DNA of 64,000 nucleotides from Candidatus Uhrbacteria bacterium (GCA_014239775.1 JAAZYG010000005.1:6746-70745); one strand, 5' to 3'; shown: positions 26,040 to 35,867, numbered from the stretch's first letter. Made by a program: numbers and translations. Notes: generated by a model not told the origin, from the letters alone.

Positions 26040-28274
26040 ATGTACACAAAGCTACAAAAGAGATCAAATTTTATGAATCCAACACTACAGGCAGCAAACT
26101 ATCAACCCTCCAGTCCTCAGGAAAAAATAGATGGAATATCTCTATTACTACCAGTAAAATCACGTAATGGTTTTGTGTTTTTAGTAGCAAATATCAAAAA
26201 AAGATCAACAGATTCAGAATTACTTCTACAGTTTTTAAATGATCAAATACACAGATTGGCAGATTCTTTTGGAAAAGAAGCAAATGCACAACATAGATTT
26301 GAACAATTTCTTGGTGCATTAAATGAAAACATCTCACAACAAGTCAGAGATGGTAAATGGAAAGTACAAATAGATGAATTTGATGCAATGATTGGAATAG
26401 CCTGTGAAACACAAATGTATTTATCTGGCACAGGTGAATTGACCGCACTTTTTCTTCATAAGAAACCCTCTCAAAGATATCAAATATTTAATTTATTTAG
26501 AGGGATACAAACAGAACAAAATCTACCAACCTGGGAAAAGACATTTGCTGTAATACTGGACGGTGACCTGCATGGTGGTGATGTGTTTTGTATATCAAAT
26601 AAAAATCTTCAACAAGAGATCCAAAACGAAGAACTTAATAGTATTTTAACAACACTTCCACCAAAAGGTGCGGCAGAAAAAATAAGACAGTACTTTTCAG
26701 AAAAAGAAAATGTTCTTATTCTTATTATAAAATCTGAAACAGATAAATCTGTAGAAAAAAATAAACAAGCAAAAATCTTATCTGACGTATCAATTGACAA
26801 ATTAACCAAATCTGAAGAAAAAACCACAGAGCTATTATCAGAAAAAAAACCAAAAATTGGCAAAATTATTATTTGGATACTAGAAAAAATATTTAGCAAA
26901 CAACCAGCATCAAGAATATTGAAGGATCTTAGAAAAGGTGAATCAAAATGGAAAATTGCGCTACACGCAACACAAATATTAGGACGAACTGGTATTAAAT
27001 ACACTAAAAATATATCCAAAAAAACTCTTAAAAAAGGAGGTCAACTAGCAAAAAAAGAAAACAGAAAAGTTGCTATAAATAAAGTCATGAAAGAAGGCTC
27101 TAATATATCTAATCGAATATTTAATCTAAAAAATAAATTATTTGGTTTACCAAAATCAACAAAATACTTAACAATTGGAGTAATTATAATTGTAATAACA
27201 TTAGCTTTTAGTGTATCCCTTCTATCAAAAGCTCAAGTAAAAAATAAAGAACAAAAAGCTTATGATGATGCACTTAATAAAGTTGAAGATGTTATAGAAA
27301 GAGCGGCTGGTGCAATTATTTATAAAGATGAAAATCAGGCAAGAACACTCTACATTAACGCTCTTAGCCTTATTGATAAGCTGCCAAGCGATTCAGTAGA
27401 GCGTAGTAAAAAAATAAGTGATCTAAAAATTGATATAAGAAATGCCACAGATGAAATTCGACACATGGTTACAATACCAAATCCAGCACTGATAACAGAT
27501 CTTGCATTACTAAACGACGGCTTGTTTGTAAATTCATTCACAAATCTAGAAAAAGAATTATACGTACACGCATCAGATGGTAAATTATATAAATTTAATA
27601 GAACACAAAAGTTATTCAAAGCAGTAAGTCTAAAATTAGAAAAAATAGATACACAAATTATATCATCATCATCTAACAATAATTTTGTATATGCAATAGA
27701 TGAAAATGGAGACATGTATTCACATGATATAGAATCCTTGGCTCAAGAAAAAATAAACCTTGAAACAATTATAAAAGGTACTGATATTGTAGCCTATGCA
27801 AATAGACTTTATTTACTTAGTCCAGCAGAAAATGAAGAAGGACAAATTTATCGATATTCTGCATCTGGCTCAATTTTTAGTAAACCACAACCATGGATTA
27901 AGGCCAAAACAACAAACCTAAATAATGCAACATCCTTAGCTATAGATGGAACAATATTTGTTCTAAAGAAAAGTGGTCAAATTATAAGATACATAAGCGG
28001 AAGCGAAGTTGGTTGGAGTGCCGGAATCGTTGATCCACCAATTACAAGTGCGACTAACATATGGACTGACACCGAGAGTAATTATGTGTATGTAATGGAA
28101 CCTTCAACAAAACGTATTATTATTTTTGAAAAGGAGACAGGAAATTTCGTTGTTCAATATAAATCAACTGCTTTTTCTGAAATGGTGAATTTTGTAGTGG
28201 ATGAATCAAATTATACAATTTATATCATGTCTGGATCTAAGTTATACTCAATAGCAGCGAGTCACCTTAAATAA
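26040..28274 (+). CDS. large hypothetical membrane protein (cytoplasmic N-domain, Lys-rich linker, one TM, repeat-rich C-domain)
   Basis: 744-aa ORF with backbone-like AT-rich codons. TM helix YLTIGVIIIVITLAFSVSLLS. The C-terminal ~340 aa has a beta-rich periodic pattern. No family recognised. Confidence 0.55.
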   Translation: MYTKLQKRSNFMNPTLQAANYQPSSPQEKIDGISLLLPVKSRNGFVFLVANIKKRSTDSELLLQFLNDQIHRLADSFGKEANAQHRFEQFLGALNENISQQVRDGKWKVQIDEFDAMIGIACETQMYLSGTGELTALFLHKKPSQRYQIFNLFRGIQTEQNLPTWEKTFAVILDGDLHGGDVFCISNKNLQQEIQNEELNSILTTLPPKGAAEKIRQYFSEKENVLILIIKSETDKSVEKNKQAKILSDVSIDKLTKSEEKTTELLSEKKPKIGKIIIWILEKIFSKQPASRILKDLRKGESKWKIALHATQILGRTGIKYTKNISKKTLKKGGQLAKKENRKVAINKVMKEGSNISNRIFNLKNKLFGLPKSTKYLTIGVIIIVITLAFSVSLLSKAQVKNKEQKAYDDALNKVEDVIERAAGAIIYKDENQARTLYINALSLIDKLPSDSVERSKKISDLKIDIRNATDEIRHMVTIPNPALITDLALLNDGLFVNSFTNLEKELYVHASDGKLYKFNRTQKLFKAVSLKLEKIDTQIISSSSNNNFVYAIDENGDMYSHDIESLAQEKINLETIIKGTDIVAYANRLYLLSPAENEEGQIYRYSASGSIFSKPQPWIKAKTTNLNNATSLAIDGTIFVLKKSGQIIRYISGSEVGWSAGIVDPPITSATNIWTDTESNYVYVMEPSTKRIIIFEKETGNFVVQYKSTAFSEMVNFVVDESNYTIYIMSGSKLYSIAASHLK

Positions 28275-28285
28275 AAATTTAAACT

Positions 28286-28314
28286 AAAAAGAACGGATCC
28301 AGTCCGTTCTTTTT
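28286..28314. terminator. bidirectional intrinsic terminator
   Basis: AAAAAGAACGGA, loop TCCAG, TCCGTTCTTTTT, between convergent genes. Confidence 0.8.
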
Positions 28315-28329
28315 ATAAATAATATAAAA

Positions 28330-28746
28330 TTATTTTACTGAAACTGTTCCACCAGCATCTTCTAGTTGTGTCTTTAATTCTGCAGCTTCTTCCTTTGTTA
28401 CACCTTCTTTTACAGCCTTAGGAGCGCTATCAACAATCTCCTTAGCTTCCTTTAATCCAAGACCTGTGATTGCACGTACTGCCTTGATTACACCGATCTT
28501 ATTTTCACCAATACCTGTAAGCTCTACAGTAAACTCGGTCTGCTCATCAGCTGCAGAATCACCTGCACCTGCTGCACCTCCAGCTACAGCCATTGCTGGA
28601 GCAGCTGCACTAACACCAAATTTCTCTTCAAGCACTTTTACTAAATCTGCCAAATCAAGTACTGACATTTCCTCAATCTTTGACACTAAATCCTGAAACT
28701 TTGCAGGAACCTCTACTGCTTCAGTCTTTGTTGCTTCTTCTGACAT
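28330..28746 (-). CDS. rplL: 50S ribosomal protein L7/L12
   Basis: Ala/Gly hinge [16 protein letters not shown] and C-terminal [24 protein letters not shown]. Confidence 0.95.
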   Translation of the reverse strand: MSEEATKTEAVEVPAKFQDLVSKIEEMSVLDLADLVKVLEEKFGVSAAAPAMAVAGGAAGAGDSAADEQTEFTVELTGIGENKIGVIKAVRAITGLGLKEAKEIVDSAPKAVKEGVTKEEAAELKTQLEDAGGTVSVK

Positions 28747-28763
28747 AATTTTTATTTTTATTA

Positions 28764-29285
28764 TTAAGCTTTTGCTTCTTTTATAGAATTAAGTACGTAA
28801 ACCAAATTACGCAAGTTACCAGCAAGCACATTAACAAACCCTGAAACAGGCGCGTTAATTGAACCGACAACTTTAGCAAGTAATTCTTCTCTGCTTGGTA
28901 ATGTAGCAAGTTGCTTAATAGCATCTGCTCCTACCAACTGACCTTCCAAAACTCCGCCAACTACTTTAATTTCATCGCGACCTTTTGAAAACTCAGATAT
29001 TATTTTTGCTGCTGAAACCTCATCGTCATATCCAAATGTTGAAAGAATGCTTCCTTCAAACTCGTCTCTATTAACCTTGAAACCATTTTTTTCAAGAGCT
29101 AAAAGAAGAAGAGATTTTTTTGTTATAAGAATTTCAACACCATTCTCTGCACCCTTTTGTCTAAGACCGTTTGCATCTTCCATTGTATATCCAGAAACAG
29201 ATGTAAATACTGCTGCCTTCATATTAGAAAGTTTATCTGCGATCTCTGACACTAGTTCTTCTTTTTCTTTTCGTGTTTTTGCCAT
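28764..29285 (-). CDS. rplJ: 50S ribosomal protein L10
   Basis: Lies directly upstream of rplL. L10-like sequence and length (173 aa). Confidence 0.9.
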   Translation of the reverse strand: MAKTRKEKEELVSEIADKLSNMKAAVFTSVSGYTMEDANGLRQKGAENGVEILITKKSLLLLALEKNGFKVNRDEFEGSILSTFGYDDEVSAAKIISEFSKGRDEIKVVGGVLEGQLVGADAIKQLATLPSREELLAKVVGSINAPVSGFVNVLAGNLRNLVYVLNSIKEAKA

Positions 29286-29471
29286 AGTATTTTGTATATT
29301 TATCGACCTTTAAATAAAAAACTGCCGATTACATACCGCAGTGTTCTAAGAAAACTTTTCAGAATCTCATTTACCTCGACAGGACTTATTTCATTAATGA
29401 AAACCTGTTGTCTACGGCGGATATGTTCATTACTAATAGCAATGTAGCATCTCCAATCTTTAGTTCAAAAA
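29286..29471 (-). promoter_or_regulatory. long 5' leader of the rplJ-rplL operon (possible L10-leader-type autoregulatory RNA)
   Basis: ~185 nt between the promoter candidate and the rplJ ATG. L10(L12)4-binding leaders are established in other bacteria, but the motif is not verified here. Confidence 0.3.
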
Positions 29472-29501
29472 GAGTATATATAAAACATATATGATTGTCA
29501 A
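29472..29501 (-). promoter_or_regulatory. sigma70-like promoter candidate for rplJL
   Basis: On the minus strand: TTGACA (29501-29496), 17 nt, TATACT (29477-29472). Confidence 0.45.
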
Positions 29502-29502
29502 T

Positions 29503-29528
29503 AAAAAAAGCGACTAGTTTAGTCGCTT
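29503..29528 (-). terminator. intrinsic terminator of the zinc-ribbon repeat gene
   Basis: AAGCGACTA / TAGTCGCTT stem spanning the stop codon. U-run on the minus RNA (A-run 29503-29509). Confidence 0.75.
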
Positions 29529-30028
29529 AGAGTCCAATTGTCTGGTCTACCGCATCTCCTCCACTGCCGGTAATGTTTAAGACAATAACCTTTTGAGTCG
29601 TGTATGTTTTTACATCCAGCAACCTTGCAACCAACATGCTTTATGCGTGGTGGTGGTGTCCAGTTGTCTGGTCTTCCGTGATCCCGCCAATTATCGAAAT
29701 GCTTCCTGCAACAACCTTTTGTTCTATGAGGATTTATACATCCATCTATCTTACAACCAACATGCTTTATGCATGGTGGTGGTGGCGTCCAGTTGTCTGG
29801 TCTTCCGTGATCCCGCCACTGCTGGTAATGCTTCCTGCAATAACCTTTTGATTGGTGAGGATTAATGCATCCAGCAACCTTGCAACCAACATGCTTTATG
29901 CGTGGTGGTGGTGGTGGCGTCCAGTTGTCTGGTCTACCACTTTTCAACCACTGCTGGTAATGCTTATTGCAATAACCTTTTGCACTACGCACTTGATCAC
30001 ACACACCAACCTTACAAAATCGAATCAT
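29519..30028 (-). CDS. protein of four tandem ~43-aa C-x4-C-x9-C-x2-H zinc-ribbon modules separated by W-T-P(3-5) linkers
   Basis: Repeats CKV(A/G)GC...KGYC(R/N/L)KHYQQW...GRPDNWTPPPP. The promoter at 30072-30100 implies ATG 30028 (MIRFCKVGVC) rather than the track start at 30100. One counted row is 50% G+C. Confidence 0.7.
   Translation of the reverse strand: MIRFCKVGVCDQVRSAKGYCNKHYQQWLKSGRPDNWTPPPPPRIKHVGCKVAGCINPHQSKGYCRKHYQQWRDHGRPDNWTPPPPCIKHVGCKIDGCINPHRTKGCCRKHFDNWRDHGRPDNWTPPPRIKHVGCKVAGCKNIHDSKGYCLKHYRQWRRCGRPDNWTLSD
29525..30010. repeat. four tandem coding repeats, periods 126/129/132 bp
   Basis: Marker TCCA(A/G)TTGTCTGG recurs at 29533, 29659, 29788 and 29920. The period differences come from (TGG)n runs encoding poly-Pro. 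Confidence 0.85.
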
Positions 30029-30071
30029 TAAATAAAACCTTGTTGCACAAAAGTAACATATACAACGAAAA

Positions 30072-30100
30072 ATATTAGAATAAAAAACCAACATTGTCAA
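30072..30100 (-). promoter_or_regulatory. sigma70-like promoter candidate for the zinc-ribbon repeat gene
   Basis: On the minus strand: TTGACA (30100-30095), 17 nt, TAATAT (30077-30072). Confidence 0.45.
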
Positions 30101-30124
30101 TCCAACAATGTTAGTCTTTGTATA

Positions 30125-30835
30125 CTACACACCTATAATAGTACCTATAAAACCCTTACCTCTTAATAAATTATCTAAATTTTCAATATTTTTACCATTC
30201 AATAAGGCCACCTTAATCTTTGATGTACTTGCCAGGCGTGATGCTACTGGATCAAATGGTACATTCATACCAGGATCCCACTTATTACCAACCATCTTTC
30301 TAAAATCCTTCCACGATATATCACAAATTATTTTTGCGTCCTTATGTTTGTTTGGATCCTTATCATAAACATAATCTATGTTAGACAAATTAACCAGAAC
30401 TTCTGCTTTTAATCTTTTTGCAAGTCTTGTTGCAACATAATCTGTTGACCATCCTGGTTTCCACCCAGCTGCAATAAGTACTGGCTTCTTCCATTTTGTT
30501 AATGGCCTTGTTGGATCTTTAAGCATTACAGGATGTGCAATGTCACGAAATACAGTTCGCAGCAAATGTCCATTTAACCTTGTAGAGTGAATTCCTAACC
30601 AATCAAGATCATCACGAGTAAGCTTACCAACTTTTCGTGCACTCTCTTGATAATGACGAGCAGTTCCACCACCACCCACAACAATAACAAATCTCCAATC
30701 TCGTTTTGTATGCTCACTTATAAGTACATGTAAATCTTTCAAAAACTTATGATCGATTCCGCCATTTGGCACAACCAATGATCCTCCAACTGAAATAACT
30801 AATGTAGACGGCTCAAGTGAATTTGAATGTGTCAT
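30125..30835 (-). CDS. pyrH: UMP kinase (archaeal-type amino-acid-kinase fold)
   Basis: VISVGGSLV, VVGGGGTARHY and GIHSTRLNGHLL blocks. 236 aa. Confidence 0.75.
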   Translation of the reverse strand: MTHSNSLEPSTLVISVGGSLVVPNGGIDHKFLKDLHVLISEHTKRDWRFVIVVGGGGTARHYQESARKVGKLTRDDLDWLGIHSTRLNGHLLRTVFRDIAHPVMLKDPTRPLTKWKKPVLIAAGWKPGWSTDYVATRLAKRLKAEVLVNLSNIDYVYDKDPNKHKDAKIICDISWKDFRKMVGNKWDPGMNVPFDPVASRLASTSKIKVALLNGKNIENLDNLLRGKGFIGTIIGV

Positions 30836-30868
30836 AAAAAAAATCGCCCTTATTGGACGATGAAATGA

Positions 30869-31222
30869 TTAAGATTCTTCGGCTTGATTAATTAACCAAT
30901 TAGTAAACATTGAAATTACCCACAATATTAATGCAGCAAAAAATGCTGGAACAAAGCCTGTAATAATAAAGCCTTCAACAATCGTTGAGGCCAACCATAT
31001 CATGAGCGCATTAATTACAAAAGTAAATAATCCTAATGTTAAAATTGTAACCGGTAAAGTTAATATAAATAACAACGGTCTCACTAGTGCATTTACTAAT
31101 CCCAAAATCAAAGCAGCAATAAGTGCATTATAAAAAGACTCAATCCCAAAACCAGGAACAATATTTGCAACTATTAACAATGCAACAGCATTTATTATCC
31201 AACGAAAAATTAAATAACTCAT
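30869..31222 (-). CDS. four-TM small membrane protein (DUF360 / phage-holin-4_2-like, by recollection)
   Basis: 117 aa, with four hydrophobic helices and a short polar tail. Confidence 0.5.
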   Translation of the reverse strand: MSYLIFRWIINAVALLIVANIVPGFGIESFYNALIAALILGLVNALVRPLLFILTLPVTILTLGLFTFVINALMIWLASTIVEGFIITGFVPAFFAALILWVISMFTNWLINQAEES

Positions 31223-31225
31223 AAT

Positions 31226-31432
31226 TTATTCATCAAATTTAGCTTTAATTTTTTCAACCTTATTCTCAATTTCTGATAATCTAGCTTTTAAATCATTTGC
31301 GAGTTCAAGTCCTTTTTCAAATTTCTTTAAACCTTGTTCTAAATCAAGATTTTCCTCTGAATCAAACCATTCTGTTATATCTTCTAAATCTTTAAACGAC
31401 TTAGCGAAATTTTCCTTTTTCTTTGGAGGCAT
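31226..31432 (-). CDS. xseB: exodeoxyribonuclease VII small subunit
   Basis: 68-aa helical protein, LEQGLKKFEKGLELANDLKARL, directly downstream of xseA. Confidence 0.85.
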   Translation of the reverse strand: MPPKKKENFAKSFKDLEDITEWFDSEENLDLEQGLKKFEKGLELANDLKARLSEIENKVEKIKAKFDE

Positions 31433-31433
31433 A

Positions 31434-32645
31434 TTAAATTAATTTTTGTTGTGACTTCTTCTTAACACTGACAACTTTTGCCACAAACGATCCTGACGCC
31501 AATTGTACACCTACTTGTGCATCAATTTCAAGATCAGACATATTTTTTACAATGTGAGCACCTTTAGTAATAATACCATAACCTCGTGCTAATACCCTTT
31601 TTGGATCAAGCTGTCTAAGAACTTTGGTAAAAAAATTAATATTTTCACCTATTGCAGACAACCAATTTCCATTTTTTTGAATTAAATTAGAACGTAATAT
31701 ACCCAACCTGTCTTTTTCTCTTTCTAAAATATACCCAACCAAACTGATTGCACGTTCAATAATATTATAAGATGCCGATATCTGATCAGTAACCCTATCT
31801 TCCATATGAGATTTCATATTCTCTATTTCATACAGAACATCTTGCCTATTTGGAACTATTAATTCTGCTGCATTAGAAGGTGTAGATGCACGTACATCAG
31901 CAATAAAATCACATAACGACTCATCGCGCTCATGACCCACACCACAAACAACAGGTATCTTTGATTGAAATAATGCACGAGCAACAGACTCATCATTAAA
32001 CGCATGCAGATCTTCCAAACCACCACCTCCTCTTGTTAAAACAATCACATCGGGTCGTTCTGATTCTGATAATAAATTTAAGTACTGAAATGCTTGAACA
32101 ATATCATTTACAGCCTCCCTGCCCTGAACATGAACATGAGTATGAATAACAGACACACCTCCCCATCTATTATTTAGAATTCGAACAAAGTCACCATATG
32201 CAGCTGCATCCCTTGATGTAATCAAACCTATTTTTTCTGGAAAACGTACAAGACCTCTTTTTCTAGAAACATCAAACAAACCTTCATCCTCAAGTTTTTT
32301 CTTTAATAATTCGTACGCTCTACGCAATGCACCCTCACCAACAGGAATTACAGATTGAACGTTCATTTTAAAACTGCCAAATCTCTCATACACTTTTGGT
32401 TGACCTTGCACATGAACACGCATCCCATCTTCAAGTGGAACTTTCAATTGCCACACTGTCATAAAACATTTTAAAACAGATTTATTTTCTTCATCCTTTA
32501 AATCAAAACTAATCCATTTTTGCTGAGCAATCCTAAAATCTGAGACCTCACCTTCAACAACAAAATCTTGAGAAGGAATCATTCTTAGTGTCTCATTAAC
32601 TAACTCTAGGTATTCTGAAACAGAAACTGAATTTACTTCTGTCAT
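31434..32645 (-). CDS. xseA: exodeoxyribonuclease VII large subunit
   Basis: N-terminal OB fold. Catalytic core blocks GLITSRDAAAYGDF, LTRGGGGLEDL and GVGHERD. Confidence 0.9.
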   Translation of the reverse strand: MTEVNSVSVSEYLELVNETLRMIPSQDFVVEGEVSDFRIAQQKWISFDLKDEENKSVLKCFMTVWQLKVPLEDGMRVHVQGQPKVYERFGSFKMNVQSVIPVGEGALRRAYELLKKKLEDEGLFDVSRKRGLVRFPEKIGLITSRDAAAYGDFVRILNNRWGGVSVIHTHVHVQGREAVNDIVQAFQYLNLLSESERPDVIVLTRGGGGLEDLHAFNDESVARALFQSKIPVVCGVGHERDESLCDFIADVRASTPSNAAELIVPNRQDVLYEIENMKSHMEDRVTDQISASYNIIERAISLVGYILEREKDRLGILRSNLIQKNGNWLSAIGENINFFTKVLRQLDPKRVLARGYGIITKGAHIVKNMSDLEIDAQVGVQLASGSFVAKVVSVKKKSQQKLI

Positions 32646-32646
32646 A

Positions 32647-33114
32647 TCAATTAAAGAAAAAAGGTTGATAGTGCTTAATTAATAACCACAGCGCAACACC
32701 TAATAATAAGTGAGTTACCAATGTCTCCATCCATACGTGGCTGCCTTCTTTTTTTGCAAACACACCCATTCCTATCAATGGATATAAAATAAGATTTACA
32801 ACAAACCAGCTAAAAAATGAATATGTTAAAAGTGAAACTATTCCATATGACAAACCAACAATATTACCAATTGTACTTTGTATAAATACTATATAAAAAA
32901 ATCCAAATAAAAAACCAACAACTATATGCAGAAGTAACCCAACCCAAAAAACTTCCATTTGCTTCAATTGTTTACCAAAAATAGTTTTTACTGAAATTAC
33001 CAAAGGAACCTCTTTTGCCTGTCCTCTTGTCTTAATCTCTAAAATTATTGCTGGAACAGAAAAAATAAAAGCCAAAATTCCACCTAAAAACCCACTAAGT
33101 ATGTAATCTGTCAT
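32647..33114 (-). CDS. hypothetical multi-pass membrane protein
   Basis: 155 aa with 4-5 hydrophobic helices. Confidence 0.5.
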   Translation of the reverse strand: MTDYILSGFLGGILAFIFSVPAIILEIKTRGQAKEVPLVISVKTIFGKQLKQMEVFWVGLLLHIVVGFLFGFFYIVFIQSTIGNIVGLSYGIVSLLTYSFFSWFVVNLILYPLIGMGVFAKKEGSHVWMETLVTHLLLGVALWLLIKHYQPFFFN

Positions 33115-33117
33115 AAG

Positions 33118-34068
33118 TTAATTTGGATAAATAATAAGCACAACCCTCTTACCCTCTTTTATATCATTATTTCCATTAAAATCATGCATGGATTGCATTA
33201 TGGTATCAAAACTATACAAAAACTCCTCTCCATTTCTTGTTCCTGGATCATTTGTAATAAACATTCCTGAATCTGTATACCCTCTTAAAACAATCATATG
33301 ATACAAAGGTCCTGGCTGTTGAAAATTTGGATTTCCAAGCAACCTTCCCGCGGATGGAACTATGACCGGCCTACCATGTGCAAGATGAGTTCTTAACTGA
33401 TCTATTGTTGGATTTTCAATTGTTTCAACTTTTGAATATCCATACATCAACTCTGCTAATACACCCGTTTGCTCTGCTGTAGTATCTTCATATGAACCAA
33501 ATAGTCCGTTCTCGAAATCAATGATTTTTAAAATTTCCTTATCAGCGACATCTGCATCAATCTTACCTGGCTTAATACCATTATAAAAACCATGAACCAT
33601 ATAGACAGACGCTTCCTCGCAAGCTTCTTTATAAGGATAATCCCAATTTGCATGTGGAGCTTGTGATGTAAAAGGTACAGCTAGATTAATTGATGCCGGT
33701 AAAATAAATTCTTCTTTTTTTAACACATACTCCTCTAACAAAACTTCTTCTGTTTCAAAACCAACACCCTCAACCTCTTCATCATGAAAGATTTGTTCTG
33801 TATTAGTAACCTCCTCAATAAATTTGTCTTCAACTATATCCTTATTTATTGTTTCTTGCTCTAATATGACTTCATTTACAACTTCATCTTGCTTATTGTT
33901 TTCTTTTTGTATTTTTTCAATAACATCAACGTACTCAACAGCTTCTGGCACACTTGGTTTTGTAATATTTTGATACCAATCTAAAATGGGAACACGCTGA
34001 AGATATATCGCAGCACCTAATGCGATTAATACTATAATAAATTCTACAAACCTACGAATTGCTCTCAT
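33118..34068 (-). CDS. membrane-anchored protein with C39-like (papain-fold) peptidase domain
   Basis: TM helix, acidic linker, then VPFTSQAPHANWDYPYKEACEEASVYM resembling Peptidase_C39_2 proteins (recollection). ATG at 34068 preferred. Confidence 0.5.
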   Translation of the reverse strand: MRAIRRFVEFIIVLIALGAAIYLQRVPILDWYQNITKPSVPEAVEYVDVIEKIQKENNKQDEVVNEVILEQETINKDIVEDKFIEEVTNTEQIFHDEEVEGVGFETEEVLLEEYVLKKEEFILPASINLAVPFTSQAPHANWDYPYKEACEEASVYMVHGFYNGIKPGKIDADVADKEILKIIDFENGLFGSYEDTTAEQTGVLAELMYGYSKVETIENPTIDQLRTHLAHGRPVIVPSAGRLLGNPNFQQPGPLYHMIVLRGYTDSGMFITNDPGTRNGEEFLYSFDTIMQSMHDFNGNNDIKEGKRVVLIIYPN

Positions 34069-34157
34069 GTGTACTTCGTTTAAGTTTAAAAACACCACTA
34101 CCATCAACCTCAGAAAAAACTTTTTCTGATTTCATATTTCTATATTAACAATTATTT

Positions 34158-35567
34158 TTACAAACTAGCATTCTCTCGCAACCACCTTTGAAGCTTATAA
34201 GTTGCTATAACATCATCCTCATTATATTCATAAATTTTTTGTAGAAGGTCTTTTTTGCTTTTATCCTCAAACCATTCCTCAAACCAGAGCACAGAATTTG
34301 CACCAGACGCATCATCTGATCTCCATTTAAAACCTATATAACTAGCTATATCTTTTAGTGAATAAAAAGATAATGGAAATATAACAGATGGACGAAGTAA
34401 TTCAAGTAAGTCAATCATGTTTCTATCAAGAGCTTCTCTGGCAATTTCAGAAATTCCATATTTTGCCGCAAATCTATTTATAACAACTTTCTCGAACCAT
34501 CCATAATGATAAATAGGAGAATCTATGTGACGCTCTATATACATTATAAATTCATTCCACATCTCAGCTTCTTGAGATGGGTCCTGAGCAAAGAATGCAT
34601 CATATTTCTCTTGACCATCCTCAACAGCCAAAATACCAAATAAATAATCAAAATCACGCAAAGGATCACTCTCAATATCAAAATATAAATCTACTTTTGC
34701 CTCTGGCATCTCAACATTTGCTCTTATCATGTGTCTACCATCTTTTATGGCAATTGCTTGGTCACGCATTGTCTCCAACCTATGCAAACTTAAATTTGGA
34801 GCTAAGCGCTCTAAGTCTGTAACAGATTTTAAAGACAGTTCTGTTATGGTCTTAACACCTGCATCATTTAGTACACTTACTTCATTGCGCCATACACGAT
34901 TTAATAACGATAAATCTTCACAAATCTCAGACTCTTCCCTACATTCCTTAAACCACGGAGACTGCTTACATCCTGAAGTAACAAAATGTGTAGGCTTGTC
35001 ACCAGTAACAATTTTCTCAATTTCTGACAAAGTTAAACCAAACTCTGCCTCAAACTCATCAATAACAAAGGGCATTACTTCTTTTGTAGAATTTACCACA
35101 TACCCCTGAACCGGCTTTACACCTTGCACTTTCTCTAGTAGCTCCGCATAAAAACAACCCTGAAACTTATAATCATCTTTTATGCTGCTTGAACGTTTTA
35201 TGTCAGCTGCAACATAATAATAATTACCAAGTTTTGATTTACCTTCTACTTTTTCAAGTAAATCAGGATTGCCAACCCAATGCTTATCAACCAACACCCC
35301 TCTAAAAATTGTTTGTCTCCCCTCAGCCATAAAAGCTAAAGTTTGAGAAAATGCTTCATCTGGATCTTCAGCTGTTACTTCACATAAATCCTGTCTGTCT
35401 GTAACAACCTCCATTTGCTTTTCACGCAATAAACCGTCTTCTATTAACTTCTCCATTAACGGCTCATGCAACTTATCTTCATCTTTGTGAACATCAAAAT
35501 AAACCCAATTTGGGCACTTAATATATTTATAAAATGTTTTCTCAGTAATTCTTGATAACATAAACAC
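34158..35567 (-). CDS. RecB-family nuclease, TM0106-like (PD-(D/E)xK N-domain + RNase-H-like C-domain)
   Basis: N-half has Cas4-like cysteines (CPNW ... C...C). C-half has YFDIESDP ... YNEDD, typical of this family. Confidence 0.65.
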   Translation of the reverse strand: MFMLSRITEKTFYKYIKCPNWVYFDVHKDEDKLHEPLMEKLIEDGLLREKQMEVVTDRQDLCEVTAEDPDEAFSQTLAFMAEGRQTIFRGVLVDKHWVGNPDLLEKVEGKSKLGNYYYVAADIKRSSSIKDDYKFQGCFYAELLEKVQGVKPVQGYVVNSTKEVMPFVIDEFEAEFGLTLSEIEKIVTGDKPTHFVTSGCKQSPWFKECREESEICEDLSLLNRVWRNEVSVLNDAGVKTITELSLKSVTDLERLAPNLSLHRLETMRDQAIAIKDGRHMIRANVEMPEAKVDLYFDIESDPLRDFDYLFGILAVEDGQEKYDAFFAQDPSQEAEMWNEFIMYIERHIDSPIYHYGWFEKVVINRFAAKYGISEIAREALDRNMIDLLELLRPSVIFPLSFYSLKDIASYIGFKWRSDDASGANSVLWFEEWFEDKSKKDLLQKIYEYNEDDVIATYKLQRWLRENASL

Positions 35568-35585
35568 ATTATAACATGTTGCTAC

Positions 35586-35867
35586 TTAATTATTTATACT
35601 ATTTAAAATAATATTTTCATATTCTGGAAAATAGTTATTTATAACAGAAAGTTCGAAAGAACTTAAAATAGAAGTATTAGACTCTCGTTTAAGTAGAAAT
35701 TCAAAAGATCTTTTTATAAGTTCTTCTGTAGTAATCTTTTCTGAAGTTAATTGTTTGTAATATACTTCACTTAATTCAACAATATGTTCGGTGGTTTCAT
35801 CTGATATCACACCAACATTAAATACACCCTTAGGAAACTGGCTAATCTGTTTAATATTTATTTCCAT
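35586..35867 (-). CDS. hypothetical 93-aa protein
   Basis: ORF lying 19 nt upstream of the RecB-family nuclease gene on the same strand. No motif recognised. Confidence 0.45.
   Translation of the reverse strand: MEINIKQISQFPKGVFNVGVISDETTEHIVELSEVYYKQLTSEKITTEELIKRSFEFLLKRESNTSILSSFELSVINNYFPEYENIILNSINN

Noticed and set aside
29525-30010. Regularly spaced ~126-132-bp repeats as a possible CRISPR or other array
   Set aside because: The repeats are in frame and encode a repeated zinc-ribbon module. There is no repeat-spacer organisation and there are no cas genes anywhere in the window.
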